A stretch of DNA of 64,000 nt from an uncultured Enterobacteriaceae bacterium (lineage in GTDB: Bacteria; Desulfobacterota; Binatia; Bin18), in NCBI GenBank assembly GCA_964441775.1, contig CAYTVL010000005.1, positions 63,348-127,347 of the forward strand, given 5' to 3'. This document shows positions 10,008 through 19,453 of the stretch, piece after piece (within the stretch, counting starts at the first letter, position 1; every line of letters starts with the position of its first letter). The notes under the pieces were generated by a model. The model was not told the origin of the DNA. It made no database searches and saw only the letters and a program-made list of their open reading frames with translations. Both the position numbers and the translations under genes were made by a program.

Positions 10008-11003
10008 CTACGAAAACAGATCCCGCATCTCCGGAATGATCCACAAAGGCGCTTGGCCGCGAGCCACGCGCTCGATATTCGCGTAGCCATTGTGAAACCG
10101 TTTATAAAAGCTGTCCACCGTGGGTCCGGCGCTATGCGGGGTCAACGTTACGTTGGGCAGCTTCAACAGCGGATTCTGCGGGTCCGCTGGCTCCTTGGCT
10201 TGCGTATCAAGGCCCGCGCCGAGGAAGCGCCCCTGTTGCAGTGCAGCAATCAAGGCTTGTTCCTCGATAACTTCTCCCCGGCACGTATTAATCACCATGC
10301 TAGTTGGTTTCATGCGGCTGAGGGCGCGGGCGTCGAGCAGGTGACGCGTGCTCTCATTCAGAGGCACGTGCAGGCTTACGATATCGGCGCTCTCAAGCAA
10401 GGTGTCAAAAGACACGTACTGCACCCCCAGTCGCTGTTCCTCTTGCGGGTCGAGGCGGAAGATGTCGTAGTAGATCACCCGCGCATCAAACGCCTGCACG
10501 CGTCGGGCTACTTGCCGACCGATATTGCCGAGCCCTACGAGTCCTACCGTCTTGCCTTCTAATTCAAAGATGTTGACCGTGCGCGGAATCCCTTGGTGCC
10601 AGCGGCCTCCGGCCACGTTCTGATGAAACGCCACCAGTTTCCGATAGACCGCCAACATCAGCAGCACTGCATGCTCGGCGACCGCCACCGAATTCGCTCC
10701 CCCATTGGAGCAGATAGGAATCCGCGCCTTGCGCGCTCCTTCGATGTTGACAAAATCATAACCAGCGCTCAGGACTTGGAGTAGCTTGAGGCGCTTGGCG
10801 TTCGCGTAGGCCTCGTTCGGTAAGAATCGGGGAAAGCCTGTTAAGTATTCAGCATCTTTAATCGCGTCAGCAATATCAGCAGCGCTCGCGTTCGGCGGCA
10901 GCATGTGCAGTGTAAAGCCCGCCGGTTTCATGCGTTGTCCCTGTTCGAGAATGTCGGGCGGCAGCTCGATCCCTTGCGCAAAGACAATAGTCTCCTCAGC
11001 CAT
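10008..11003 (-). CDS. D-isomer specific 2-hydroxyacid dehydrogenase
   Basis: GLVGLGNIG NAD motif, VAEHA, INTCRGEVI, TPHSAG. Confidence 0.92.
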   Translation of the reverse strand: MAEETIVFAQGIELPPDILEQGQRMKPAGFTLHMLPPNASAADIADAIKDAEYLTGFPRFLPNEAYANAKRLKLLQVLSAGYDFVNIEGARKARIPICSNGGANSVAVAEHAVLLMLAVYRKLVAFHQNVAGGRWHQGIPRTVNIFELEGKTVGLVGLGNIGRQVARRVQAFDARVIYYDIFRLDPQEEQRLGVQYVSFDTLLESADIVSLHVPLNESTRHLLDARALSRMKPTSMVINTCRGEVIEEQALIAALQQGRFLGAGLDTQAKEPADPQNPLLKLPNVTLTPHSAGPTVDSFYKRFHNGYANIERVARGQAPLWIIPEMRDLFS

Positions 11004-11422
11004 GATGCGTTCCCCCTTTTCGTGGTGATCCGCGGTTGTTTCGTTCTTGCTTCACCCTCTGGCTGAGAACTTTGCATTGTTTTCCACATTGAGCAAGGTT
11101 AGGCGCCTCGCGAGGAATCATTTCCACAATTGCTACACCATTCGCTACGTTTTTCTTTCTCGCTCGTAGCGTCATTTGTAGAAACGTAGCTCCTTTCTCA
11201 TAAGAACGTTCAGAAAGGAAAGGAGTACAGTCATGAACCTGTAGGAACCGGTGGAGTTTCGGCTAATGGCGCTTGTGGAGCAGAGCATCGCTTTTCAAGA
11301 CATTGACAACACAACCCCCAATTTCCTGTCGAAAACTTGAAGAAAAGGAGCTCTTTGTGACAAAACGATCACTTATCCATACCACCTCCTCCCTCCGCCG
11401 AAGTAAGAAGGGAGAGTCTACG

Positions 11423-12823
11423 ATGCAGAAATCACTGCTTGTTCTGCTGACCCTCGGAGCCCTTGGCGGAGAGGCGGCCATGCCCGTACACGCGCAGGAC
11501 GCCAGTGAGATGACGCCTGGTTCAGAGCTTTCCATGGATATAGAGCCGCAAGCGGTTGCGCCGTACGCCGCCCCGGGGAATGTATTCGTGCCCGCGAGCA
11601 GCAGAGCCCTGCCCGCCGACGCCGGGGTCCGCGCCCACACCAACTACGCGATCCGTAAGCCCAACGGAATTCAACCTAGGTCCCTGACGGATCTCAGCCA
11701 ACCCGAACCCGCCGCCGATCCCACCCCAAACGCCACGTTTGCGGAATATCCAGCCTCCTTGTCCTGTCTCTACAAAATGGGGCCAACCTATGCAGGCTGC
11801 GCACCGACGAATAATTCTGCCTATAACGCTACGGGCGGGAGCCGCGCCATCGCCATCGTCGATGCCTTTGACAACCCCACCGCTTTAGCCGACTTGCAGT
11901 ATTTCAGCTCCTTCTTCGGACTACCCGCACCCAATTTTATAAAGGTCTTTGCCAACGGTAACGGCTCTTGTTCCACCCCGCCGTACAATTCCGGCTGGGC
12001 GCTGGAATCCGCATTGGATATCGAATGGGCGCACGCCATGGCGCCGAGCGCGACGATTATCTTGGTCGAAGCTTGCTCCAACAGCTATAAGGATCTCATG
12101 TATGCCGAACAGATCGCGGCCCAACAACTGTTGCCTTATGGCGGCGGCCAAGTCTCCAATAGCTGGGGCAGTGGAGAGTTCTCAACTGAGTCGTCGGACT
12201 GGGACTGGGTGTTCCGCGCCAATTGGGTGGCAGGGAAACCCATCAGTTACTTCTTCTCGGCGGGGGACTCGGGCTTAGGAGCGGAATATCCGAGCTCTTC
12301 CCCGTGGGTGATCTCGGCCGGCGGCACCACCATCAACCGCGACCCGACCACGCAAGCTTTCCAGAGTGAGAGTTGCTGGGCCGGTTCGGGCGGGGGGACA
12401 AGCGCCTACGAAACCTACAGCAGCACGTTCGGTACCGGCACAGGCCCATGGACGGACTATCAGTATCCCCTGTTCGGGCAGTCGAACCGTCGCACGCCAG
12501 ACGTCTCCTTCGACGCTGATCCGGCCAGTGGGGCGTACGTGCGGCTCGCGGGGAGCTGGTATGTGGTGGGCGGCACCAGTCTGTCGGCGCCAGCATTGGC
12601 CGGGATCGTCAACAACTCGAACAATCGGCTGGGCGTGGCGCCCTCACCTGGCGGCTTCTACACTAACGCTGAAGACAATCTGTTGTACGCCGAATTGTTG
12701 ACTTACAAGGAGTACAAGTCGAACTTCTACGATGTCACGACCGGGAACAATGGTGCTCCAGCGGCAGTAGGTTGGGATTCTTGCACTGGCGTGGGAAGCC
12801 CGCGCGGCAAGAATGGGAAGTAA
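11423..12823 (+). CDS. Secreted S53 (sedolisin-like) serine peptidase
   Basis: N-terminal signal peptide, ESALDIEW (Glu/Asp), FSAGDSG, GGTSLSAP (Ser), GWDSCTGVGSP. Confidence 0.88.
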   Translation: MQKSLLVLLTLGALGGEAAMPVHAQDASEMTPGSELSMDIEPQAVAPYAAPGNVFVPASSRALPADAGVRAHTNYAIRKPNGIQPRSLTDLSQPEPAADPTPNATFAEYPASLSCLYKMGPTYAGCAPTNNSAYNATGGSRAIAIVDAFDNPTALADLQYFSSFFGLPAPNFIKVFANGNGSCSTPPYNSGWALESALDIEWAHAMAPSATIILVEACSNSYKDLMYAEQIAAQQLLPYGGGQVSNSWGSGEFSTESSDWDWVFRANWVAGKPISYFFSAGDSGLGAEYPSSSPWVISAGGTTINRDPTTQAFQSESCWAGSGGGTSAYETYSSTFGTGTGPWTDYQYPLFGQSNRRTPDVSFDADPASGAYVRLAGSWYVVGGTSLSAPALAGIVNNSNNRLGVAPSPGGFYTNAEDNLLYAELLTYKEYKSNFYDVTTGNNGAPAAVGWDSCTGVGSPRGKNGK

Positions 12824-12869
12824 CACCCAATCGAGAGAGCTGACGTCGTCGCAGGGACGCGACAGAGAG

Positions 12870-12897
12870 AGGCCCGGCCAAGCCGGGCCTTTTTTTT
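12870..12897 (+). terminator. Rho-independent terminator
   Basis: AGGCCCGGC-CAA-GCCGGGCCT followed by a T run, between convergent genes. Confidence 0.85.
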
Positions 12898-14068
12898 ACA
12901 TCCCTTCGATTACTTTCTGTTTCCGCATCGCGCCACTGACCATTTTAAATTCAAAGAGCCGACATTCGAGCGAACCATTGAAGAGGGGCGTACGACGACT
13001 CGCCGCTAGACCAATCAACTTCGGGAGACGCAGATCGGCTGTGAAGAAATAGGTGTCCCAGCCAACGAAGCGTTGCTTCAAAATGTCGCCAAGTCGCGGG
13101 TAGAACGCGGCCAGCCGCTCCTGATCACTCAGGCGGACCCCATACGGCGGGTTTGTCAGCAGTATGCCTGCCCCAGCCGGCGGTTTGACGTGAAACAGGT
13201 CCGCTTGCTTGAGCACCACGGTCTCAACTAAGCTGGCGTTTTTGAGATTGGTTTGGGCTGCATGGAGCGCGTCTTTATCAATATCACTCCCATAAATGGC
13301 GCAGGCCGCGTTCGACGTTTGCTGTTTCTTGCCAGTTTCGTTGAGGCTCTTCCACTGACGAACATCGAAGTTGCCGAGCTTCTCAAAAGCAAAGCGTCGC
13401 CCCAGCCCAGGTGGAATGTTACGAGCGATCAAGGCCGCTTCCAACAAGAACGTACCGCTTCCGCACATCGGGTCGAGTAACGGCTGCGCCGCCGTCCAGC
13501 CCACGAGTCGCAGAATGCCCGCTGCAAGATTTTCCCGCACGGGAGCCTCAGTCGTAGCCATGCGCAGCCCACGCTTGAAGAGCGCTTCGCCTGAGGTATC
13601 AAGGTAGAGCGTTAGGTACTGCTGATCCAGAAACGCGTCGATACGGATATCAGGGCGACGCGTGGCCACATTGGGACGCGCACCGGTGGTCATGCGGAAG
13701 CGATCGCAGATCGCGTCTTTGATTCGCAAAGTGACAAAATCTAAGCTGCGTAGCGGCGCCCGCTGCGCGCTGACCTTTACCTTGATGGTGTGGCGAACGG
13801 AAAACCAGGTCGGCCACGGTAGCGCATGCGTGGCCTGAAAAATATCGTGCTCGTCATGGTAGGTTCCGTGAAAAACACGCCACAACACCCGGCTGGCGAT
13901 ACGACTATGGAGATTGACGGCGTAGCAAAGAGCAAATGGTCCAGTGAACGAGACCCCGCCAGGGACGACTGTCACCGTTTGTGCGCCGAGTTGCTCGAGT
14001 TCAACACCCAACACCCCTTCTAGTCCACGTGGGCACGGGGCGAAGAAGATCTCAATTGGTGTCTGCAT
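12896..14068 (-). CDS. THUMP-domain class I SAM-dependent RNA methyltransferase (RlmL-like)
   Basis: APVRENLAAGIL, LDPMCGSGT, GSDID, LTNPPYG. Confidence 0.9.
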   Translation of the reverse strand: MQTPIEIFFAPCPRGLEGVLGVELEQLGAQTVTVVPGGVSFTGPFALCYAVNLHSRIASRVLWRVFHGTYHDEHDIFQATHALPWPTWFSVRHTIKVKVSAQRAPLRSLDFVTLRIKDAICDRFRMTTGARPNVATRRPDIRIDAFLDQQYLTLYLDTSGEALFKRGLRMATTEAPVRENLAAGILRLVGWTAAQPLLDPMCGSGTFLLEAALIARNIPPGLGRRFAFEKLGNFDVRQWKSLNETGKKQQTSNAACAIYGSDIDKDALHAAQTNLKNASLVETVVLKQADLFHVKPPAGAGILLTNPPYGVRLSDQERLAAFYPRLGDILKQRFVGWDTYFFTADLRLPKLIGLAASRRTPLFNGSLECRLFEFKMVSGAMRKQKVIEGM

Positions 14069-14082
14069 TCCGATTGACGTTG

Positions 14083-14352
14083 TCAGAGAAGAAAGAACGG
14101 GTCGCTCCCCCCAGCCAGCGGCGGGAAAATGTTGAGCTGGAGTCCGTCAGTCACGACCGTGCTCTTTTCCACGTACGTATCTCCCGCAACCAGCATGGTT
14201 GCCTGCTCATGCGGTATCTTCAAGGCATTGATGACGTCCAATACGGTCGAGCCTGCAGGCATGGTGACAGAAGTACCTTCCGCATTTCCTGGAGGAAGAT
14301 ACTTCTTCAAGGTCGCAAACAGTTTGACGTGAATGGTAACGGTCTCCGCCAT
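14083..14352 (-). CDS. MoaD/ThiS family sulfur carrier
   Basis: IHVKLFATL...IFPPLAGG, with a short extension after the di-Gly. Confidence 0.85.
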   Translation of the reverse strand: MAETVTIHVKLFATLKKYLPPGNAEGTSVTMPAGSTVLDVINALKIPHEQATMLVAGDTYVEKSTVVTDGLQLNIFPPLAGGSDPFFLL

Positions 14353-14354
14353 AC

Positions 14355-15611
14355 CTAGTACCGTGGCACGCTGTGCATCACCGCGCCGTATGAGAACTGG
14401 GGCGGACGACCGTCTTTGAAGCCCTGCCACTTCTCACGCCGTTTGATGGCGCTGTGAATGACGCCCATCTCCGCAACGCCAGTCTCATTGCCAATATAGA
14501 CGGCGCCGACTAGAGCGCCATCTTTGTCGACGACAATTTTCCGGTACGACGCTTCGTCTCCTTGGGGAGATAACATCTTCACACTGTCTCCAGGATCTTC
14601 ACGGAAACGGCCAAGCTGGGCGAGGGTGACATTAAACAATTCAACAACGTTCATACCCAAGCCACCGGGATAGGCCTGGTTCTTCCCGGCCATATTGGCT
14701 CCCGCCGCCCGTCCTTGTTCAATCGCCGTCGGCCAGATGGCGTAGATCGAGCGACCATCCGACAAGAAGTCCTTGGTCTCAGCCACATCACCAGCCGCAT
14801 AGACGTCTGGATGATTGGTCTGCAAGTGCTCGTTGACCAACACCCCTTTGTTGAGCGAGATCGCGCCATTTCGCAAAAAGTCGACGCACGGACGCACGCC
14901 CGTCGCGACGACCGCCATATCAACCGTGCAGGTGTCTCCGCCCTTCAGCGTGACTTCGATCCCGCCGTTTTTCTGTGCAACGGCGGATACGAGCGAGTCG
15001 GTACGCACCGTCACCCCGTCATCACGCACGGCTTTGAGAAAGAGCTTTCCAGCTCCTTCATCCAGCAACTGCGGGAGCAGAATCGGCGCCATTTCGACGA
15101 TCGTGAGTTTAATTTTCAACTTCCGCAAGGCTTCGGCAGCGAGCATACCGATGAAGCCGCCGCCGATGACCACCGCGCTCTTGGCTTTTTCCGCCGCCTG
15201 CTTCATGCCAATCGCATCTTCGAGCGTCCACAAGTAGTGATGTGGAATCTGCGCCAGCCCTTGAATCGGGGGCACGATGGTCTCTGACCCGGTGGCGATC
15301 AACAGCTTATCGTAACTGACCTTCTTCCCGCTGGCTAATTCGACCTCTTTTGCCGACGGATTGATGGCTTTGACATTCTCATTTTCCACCAACGAGACCC
15401 CAATCTTTTGGTAATCGGGGGCCTGCCGGATCAAGAGGTCATCAAGCGTCATCTCTCCTGCCACATAATAAGGCAGCGCTACGCGAGAGTAGGCAGGGCC
15501 AGCCTCGCGATTGATGATCGTGATTTCGCCCTGCTTGTCGAACTTGCGGATGCCGTCGACCGCCGCTAACGACGCAGCGCTGTTACCAATCAGCACATAT
15601 TTCGTTGCCAT
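14355..15611 (-). CDS. FAD/NAD-dependent oxidoreductase (AOR flavin subunit-like)
   Basis: IIGNS-type N-terminus (LIGNSAA), YDKLLIATGS, VVIGGGFIG, VYAAGDVAE. Confidence 0.88.
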   Translation of the reverse strand: MATKYVLIGNSAASLAAVDGIRKFDKQGEITIINREAGPAYSRVALPYYVAGEMTLDDLLIRQAPDYQKIGVSLVENENVKAINPSAKEVELASGKKVSYDKLLIATGSETIVPPIQGLAQIPHHYLWTLEDAIGMKQAAEKAKSAVVIGGGFIGMLAAEALRKLKIKLTIVEMAPILLPQLLDEGAGKLFLKAVRDDGVTVRTDSLVSAVAQKNGGIEVTLKGGDTCTVDMAVVATGVRPCVDFLRNGAISLNKGVLVNEHLQTNHPDVYAAGDVAETKDFLSDGRSIYAIWPTAIEQGRAAGANMAGKNQAYPGGLGMNVVELFNVTLAQLGRFREDPGDSVKMLSPQGDEASYRKIVVDKDGALVGAVYIGNETGVAEMGVIHSAIKRREKWQGFKDGRPPQFSYGAVMHSVPRY

Positions 15612-15646
15612 AGTTTCCCCCGGTTCACTCTCAGGACGCACCTCAT

Positions 15647-16111
15647 TTACGCCTGCGGCAAGCCCAGTGCGGCTGCGGCCTTTTGTTTCGCCAGGGCAGA
15701 CACAGCAACGACATCGGCATATTCCAAAGCCCCAGGAGTACAGAACTGTACACATTGGGGATTCCCGTCACAGAAGTCGCAATTTTGCGCTACCTCTTTT
15801 TCTGGCGAGAAGTTCATCACGCCAAAAGGACAGGCGAGGAGACACATCTTGCAACCAATACAGCGATCCTCGATCACCTTGACCTGACCGTCAGCTTGTC
15901 GTTGGATCGCCACGGTGGGGCACACCGCCGCGCAGGGTGCGTCGGCGCAGTGCACACAGACCATCGGTTGATAGAACTGTTCCTCATAGAAGTCGGCTAC
16001 GCGAATACGCGAGAGGACGGGAACGAAAGCGCCCTCATGAGAAAACGAGCACGCTAATTCACATTCACGACAGGCCGTACATTTCTCTTGATGAACGACA
16101 ATCTGTTTCAT
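15647..16111 (-). CDS. 4Fe-4S dicluster protein (AOR Fe-S subunit-like)
   Basis: CTACRECELAC, CVHCADAPCAAVCP, CIGCKMCLLACP, CDFCDGNPQCVQFC. Confidence 0.93.
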   Translation of the reverse strand: MKQIVVHQEKCTACRECELACSFSHEGAFVPVLSRIRVADFYEEQFYQPMVCVHCADAPCAAVCPTVAIQRQADGQVKVIEDRCIGCKMCLLACPFGVMNFSPEKEVAQNCDFCDGNPQCVQFCTPGALEYADVVAVSALAKQKAAAALGLPQA

Positions 16112-16124
16112 ACGCCCTCCCCGC

Positions 16125-17930
16125 TTATGCTAAGCCTAGTTCACGCAACTTGTCGGCAGTCGGACGCCCCTGCGTATCCCAACCCCGCAGTTGGTAGTAC
16201 TCGGTCAACATCGGCTCCAGGTCAACTACATGTCCCTTGCTCGGTCCTTCGGTTAACGGCTCGCTGGTGATGCGTGGAGGCAAGCTGTCATCCGCACGGG
16301 TGAGGCCCGCCGCATTATTAAACAAGCGCTCCAGGGTCCAAATCCGTTCGCCGATTTTGAGCATGTCCTCGGGTCCGCCGACATTGTATCCAAGCGACTC
16401 ACTAACCATCGCGGTCACATCTTCACCAGGATTCATGTCGAAGGTGGAGAACAGGCAGATCCCCGAGGCGTCGACGAAGGACGTGGTGTTTTGCAGAATC
16501 GTCAGCCAGTAGGGTTTCTCTTTTGGCGTGAAGGGGTCGAGCTTGATCGGATTGCCGAAGTGCTCAAGAGAAATCGTGTAGCCGCGCAGATGGCACGCAC
16601 CGCGATTCGAGGTAGCGTAGGCTAGCCCCATACCGATCGATCCGCGCGGATCATAGGCTGCGAACCCTTGTTTCTTCGAGCCCATGAACAGTTCTGGATG
16701 ACCGTAGTGTTCCGCGAGACGGTAACCGCCTTCCGCCAGCCAGTGTCCAATCGGTCCTTTGCGGAATGCCTGCGCTTCGAGCAGCTTCACCATTGCTTCA
16801 GCATCGCCGAACTTCAACGGGAAACCGATGTCACTTTCTGGGATGTAGCCTTTCTCAGCCAACTCAATCGCCGTGCCGATAGCGATCCCCGCTTCAAGCG
16901 TGTCTAAGCCATATTCGTTGCACAGATAGTTGGCTTTGATGACGGCGGCGAGGTTATCGACCCCGCAGATCGTACCCACGCCGTAAATGGTTTCGTATTC
17001 CGGCCCTTCACCTCGGCCATCGAACTGTCCGTGCCCGGTGATCTTGGTCACGCGACCACAATGGATCATGCAGCTATGGCAGCCCCGATTGCGGGTCATG
17101 AAATCTTTCTTCACGACCGTGCCATCAACTGCCGCTGCCCCACTGAAAACGCCCATTTGAAAGTTGTTAGTCGGCAACATCCCCACCATGTTCATGTAGG
17201 ACACGGTTCCCGCCGTTCCTAACATGGTGAGTCCACCAGTGGTCGGTCCCTTCACCAGCTTGTCTCGCCCTTTGAGTACTGCTTCAGTAAAAGCAGTAGG
17301 GTTCGCGATCTTCAAGCCTTTGGTGCCGCGCACGGCAATCGCTTTGAGGTTCTTCGAGCCCATGACAGCGCCGACGCCGGAACGACCAGCCGCGCGCCCT
17401 TTATCGTTCATCACACAGGCGGTGCGGGCAAGGTTCTCACCACCTTGACCGATCGAGGCGACACGCACTTCTGGATGTGTCTCTTCACGAATCATATTCT
17501 CGGTGTCGTCGACAATCTTGCCCCAGAGATGCTCGGCGCTGCGAATTTCCACTTTGTCATCATGAATGTAGAGATATGAAGGCTCTTTCGCCTTCCCCTC
17601 AAGGAGAAGATATTCATAGCCCGCGTAACGTAAGGCCGGGCCCCAGTAGCCGCCGGAGTTCGAGCAGGCAATCGCGCCAGTCAGCGGGGATTTGGTGATG
17701 ACCATGTAGCGTCCGCCAGTCGGCGCATACGTCCCCGTCACTGGGCCAGTTGCAAAAATCAAAGGGTTCCGTGGGTCGAGCGCATCGACCTTGGGGTCCA
17801 TGTTATCCATCAGCAGCTTACTGCCCACTCCACGACCACCGATAAAATTTTTGATGAGTTGCTCCGGCACGGCCTCCTTGCGGATCTGGCCAGTACTCAA
17901 ATTGACACGCAGCACAGTGGCGCTTTGCAT
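16125..17930 (-). CDS. aor: Aldehyde:ferredoxin oxidoreductase catalytic subunit (W/Mo-bis-pterin)
   Basis: FIGGRG, KSPLTG, AAGRSGVGAVMGSKNLKAI, GPEYET, GLDT, SNRGACH. Confidence 0.93.
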   Translation of the reverse strand: MQSATVLRVNLSTGQIRKEAVPEQLIKNFIGGRGVGSKLLMDNMDPKVDALDPRNPLIFATGPVTGTYAPTGGRYMVITKSPLTGAIACSNSGGYWGPALRYAGYEYLLLEGKAKEPSYLYIHDDKVEIRSAEHLWGKIVDDTENMIREETHPEVRVASIGQGGENLARTACVMNDKGRAAGRSGVGAVMGSKNLKAIAVRGTKGLKIANPTAFTEAVLKGRDKLVKGPTTGGLTMLGTAGTVSYMNMVGMLPTNNFQMGVFSGAAAVDGTVVKKDFMTRNRGCHSCMIHCGRVTKITGHGQFDGRGEGPEYETIYGVGTICGVDNLAAVIKANYLCNEYGLDTLEAGIAIGTAIELAEKGYIPESDIGFPLKFGDAEAMVKLLEAQAFRKGPIGHWLAEGGYRLAEHYGHPELFMGSKKQGFAAYDPRGSIGMGLAYATSNRGACHLRGYTISLEHFGNPIKLDPFTPKEKPYWLTILQNTTSFVDASGICLFSTFDMNPGEDVTAMVSESLGYNVGGPEDMLKIGERIWTLERLFNNAAGLTRADDSLPPRITSEPLTEGPSKGHVVDLEPMLTEYYQLRGWDTQGRPTADKLRELGLA

Positions 17931-18060
17931 AACGTCCTCCGAGATCAGCAACGTTGCGAAGTAAGAATTCGTCTGAATTCGTGCAAATTTTCTTTTCCGT
18001 CTTTATCACGCACGACAAAAGCGAACAAGGACTGAGAGGAACTCAGGTGCATAACGAAAT

Positions 18061-18143
18061 CCTGGATTGCTGGTCGCAGCCTGCGGCCTTGCCCGGAATG
18101 ACGGACGAGGCAGAGCCGTCATTTCGGCGAAAACCGGAATCCT
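18061..18143. repeat. REP-like family 2 pair, inverted relative to 9341-9425
   Basis: CCTGGATT...CCTTGCCCGGAATGACG then CCGTCATTTCGGCGAAAACCGGAATCC. Confidence 0.75.
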
Positions 18144-18283
18144 GGGGGAGCGAAGAATGGTTTGGCCAAGAAATTGTTCTGCACCCGGGGAAGTCTGCTT
18201 ACTTGATCTCTTGCCGAGTCTCCCGTAAGAAGCAAGCGGTAACCTTTCCAGTTGGCGGCGCTACATGACGCCGCAAAGGCGTC

Positions 18284-19453
18284 TTGGTGACACGTATCGT
18301 TCTGGCACTTTTGGCTTTATCGCTCATCTTTGGCGGCCTCTATTTCACGAAGCGTTACCGGGATGCGCAAGCAGGGGCGCATTTTGCGGCGTCAGCGCCG
18401 CCGCCCGCGCGAGTGGCCGTGGCTTCTGCAACGACCGGAATGCTGGCGCGCATCCTGGAGGCCATTGGTTCGCTGGAGGCGGTGCGGCAAGTTGTGGTTG
18501 CGCCAGAAGTCGGCGGTCGCGTCGTGACTATTCATTTTGAGCCTGGCTCTTCGGTCCACGCCGGCGATCGACTCATACAGCTCAATGACGCACCGGAGCG
18601 CGGAGAACTTGAGCGCCTGCGAGCAGCAGCTAAACTAGCTGAACGTGAACTGACTCGGTTGCAATCAGTGACCGATAGCCGCGCGGTCTCTCGGCTCGAC
18701 GTGGATACGGCGGAAAGTCGCCTCGAACAAGCGCGTGGGGACATGACTCGCATCGAGGCGCTGATCGCCCAGAAATTGGTGCTGGCGCCATTCACCGGCG
18801 TGCTGGGCCTCCGCAAAGTTCATCTCGGCCAATATCTCCAACCGGGGCAGTCGATCGTCTCCCTGACGGATCTCGATGTGCTGTACCTCAACTTCACCCT
18901 ACCGGAACAGACGTTTCACCAGCTCTTAATCGGGCAGTACGTGGAGCTGCACATTGACGCGTTTCCTGACCGTGTGTTCCAAGGAAAGATCACCACGATA
19001 GAACCTCAGGTTCTTGTCGAAACGCGCACGATCACGGTTCAGGCCACGCTCGCGAACACTGAGCATCTCTTACGCCCTGGCATGTTCGCGACTGTTCACG
19101 TGCTTCTCCCGCCTGAACAGAACATCGTGACCGTGCCGGAGACAGCGGTGGACAAGACCATGTATGGCGACTCGCTTTTTGTTGTGCGTCAGCGCAGCGC
19201 GAACGCCACAACTCAGCAGCCCCAGTATGCGGCGGAACGTCTGTTCGTGAAGACTGGCCGCCGAGCCAATGGGCGCATCGCGGTCCTTGACGGCGTGACG
19301 CCGGGGGATCTGGTGGTCACTTCCGGTCAAGTGAATCTAACAAGTGGGGCCCCCGTGACCATTGCCCAGGCCGATACGCTCGCGGACAATAACGCGAGTT
19401 CGCAGGCTGAGCCCAACCCTACGCGCGAGGAAAAAAGTCATGAGCTTCACTGA
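18284..19453 (+). CDS. RND efflux periplasmic adaptor subunit
   Basis: N-terminal membrane anchor, GSLEAVRQVVVAPEVGG, APFTGVLG, LRPGMFA. Confidence 0.92.
   Translation: MVTRIVLALLALSLIFGGLYFTKRYRDAQAGAHFAASAPPPARVAVASATTGMLARILEAIGSLEAVRQVVVAPEVGGRVVTIHFEPGSSVHAGDRLIQLNDAPERGELERLRAAAKLAERELTRLQSVTDSRAVSRLDVDTAESRLEQARGDMTRIEALIAQKLVLAPFTGVLGLRKVHLGQYLQPGQSIVSLTDLDVLYLNFTLPEQTFHQLLIGQYVELHIDAFPDRVFQGKITTIEPQVLVETRTITVQATLANTEHLLRPGMFATVHVLLPPEQNIVTVPETAVDKTMYGDSLFVVRQRSANATTQQPQYAAERLFVKTGRRANGRIAVLDGVTPGDLVVTSGQVNLTSGAPVTIAQADTLADNNASSQAEPNPTREEKSHELH

Noticed and set aside
11273-11422. N-terminal extensions given by the ORF track (also 4535, 15755, 19362, 29844, 38141, 39414)
   Set aside because: Downstream ATGs have clear RBSs and match the family N-termini.
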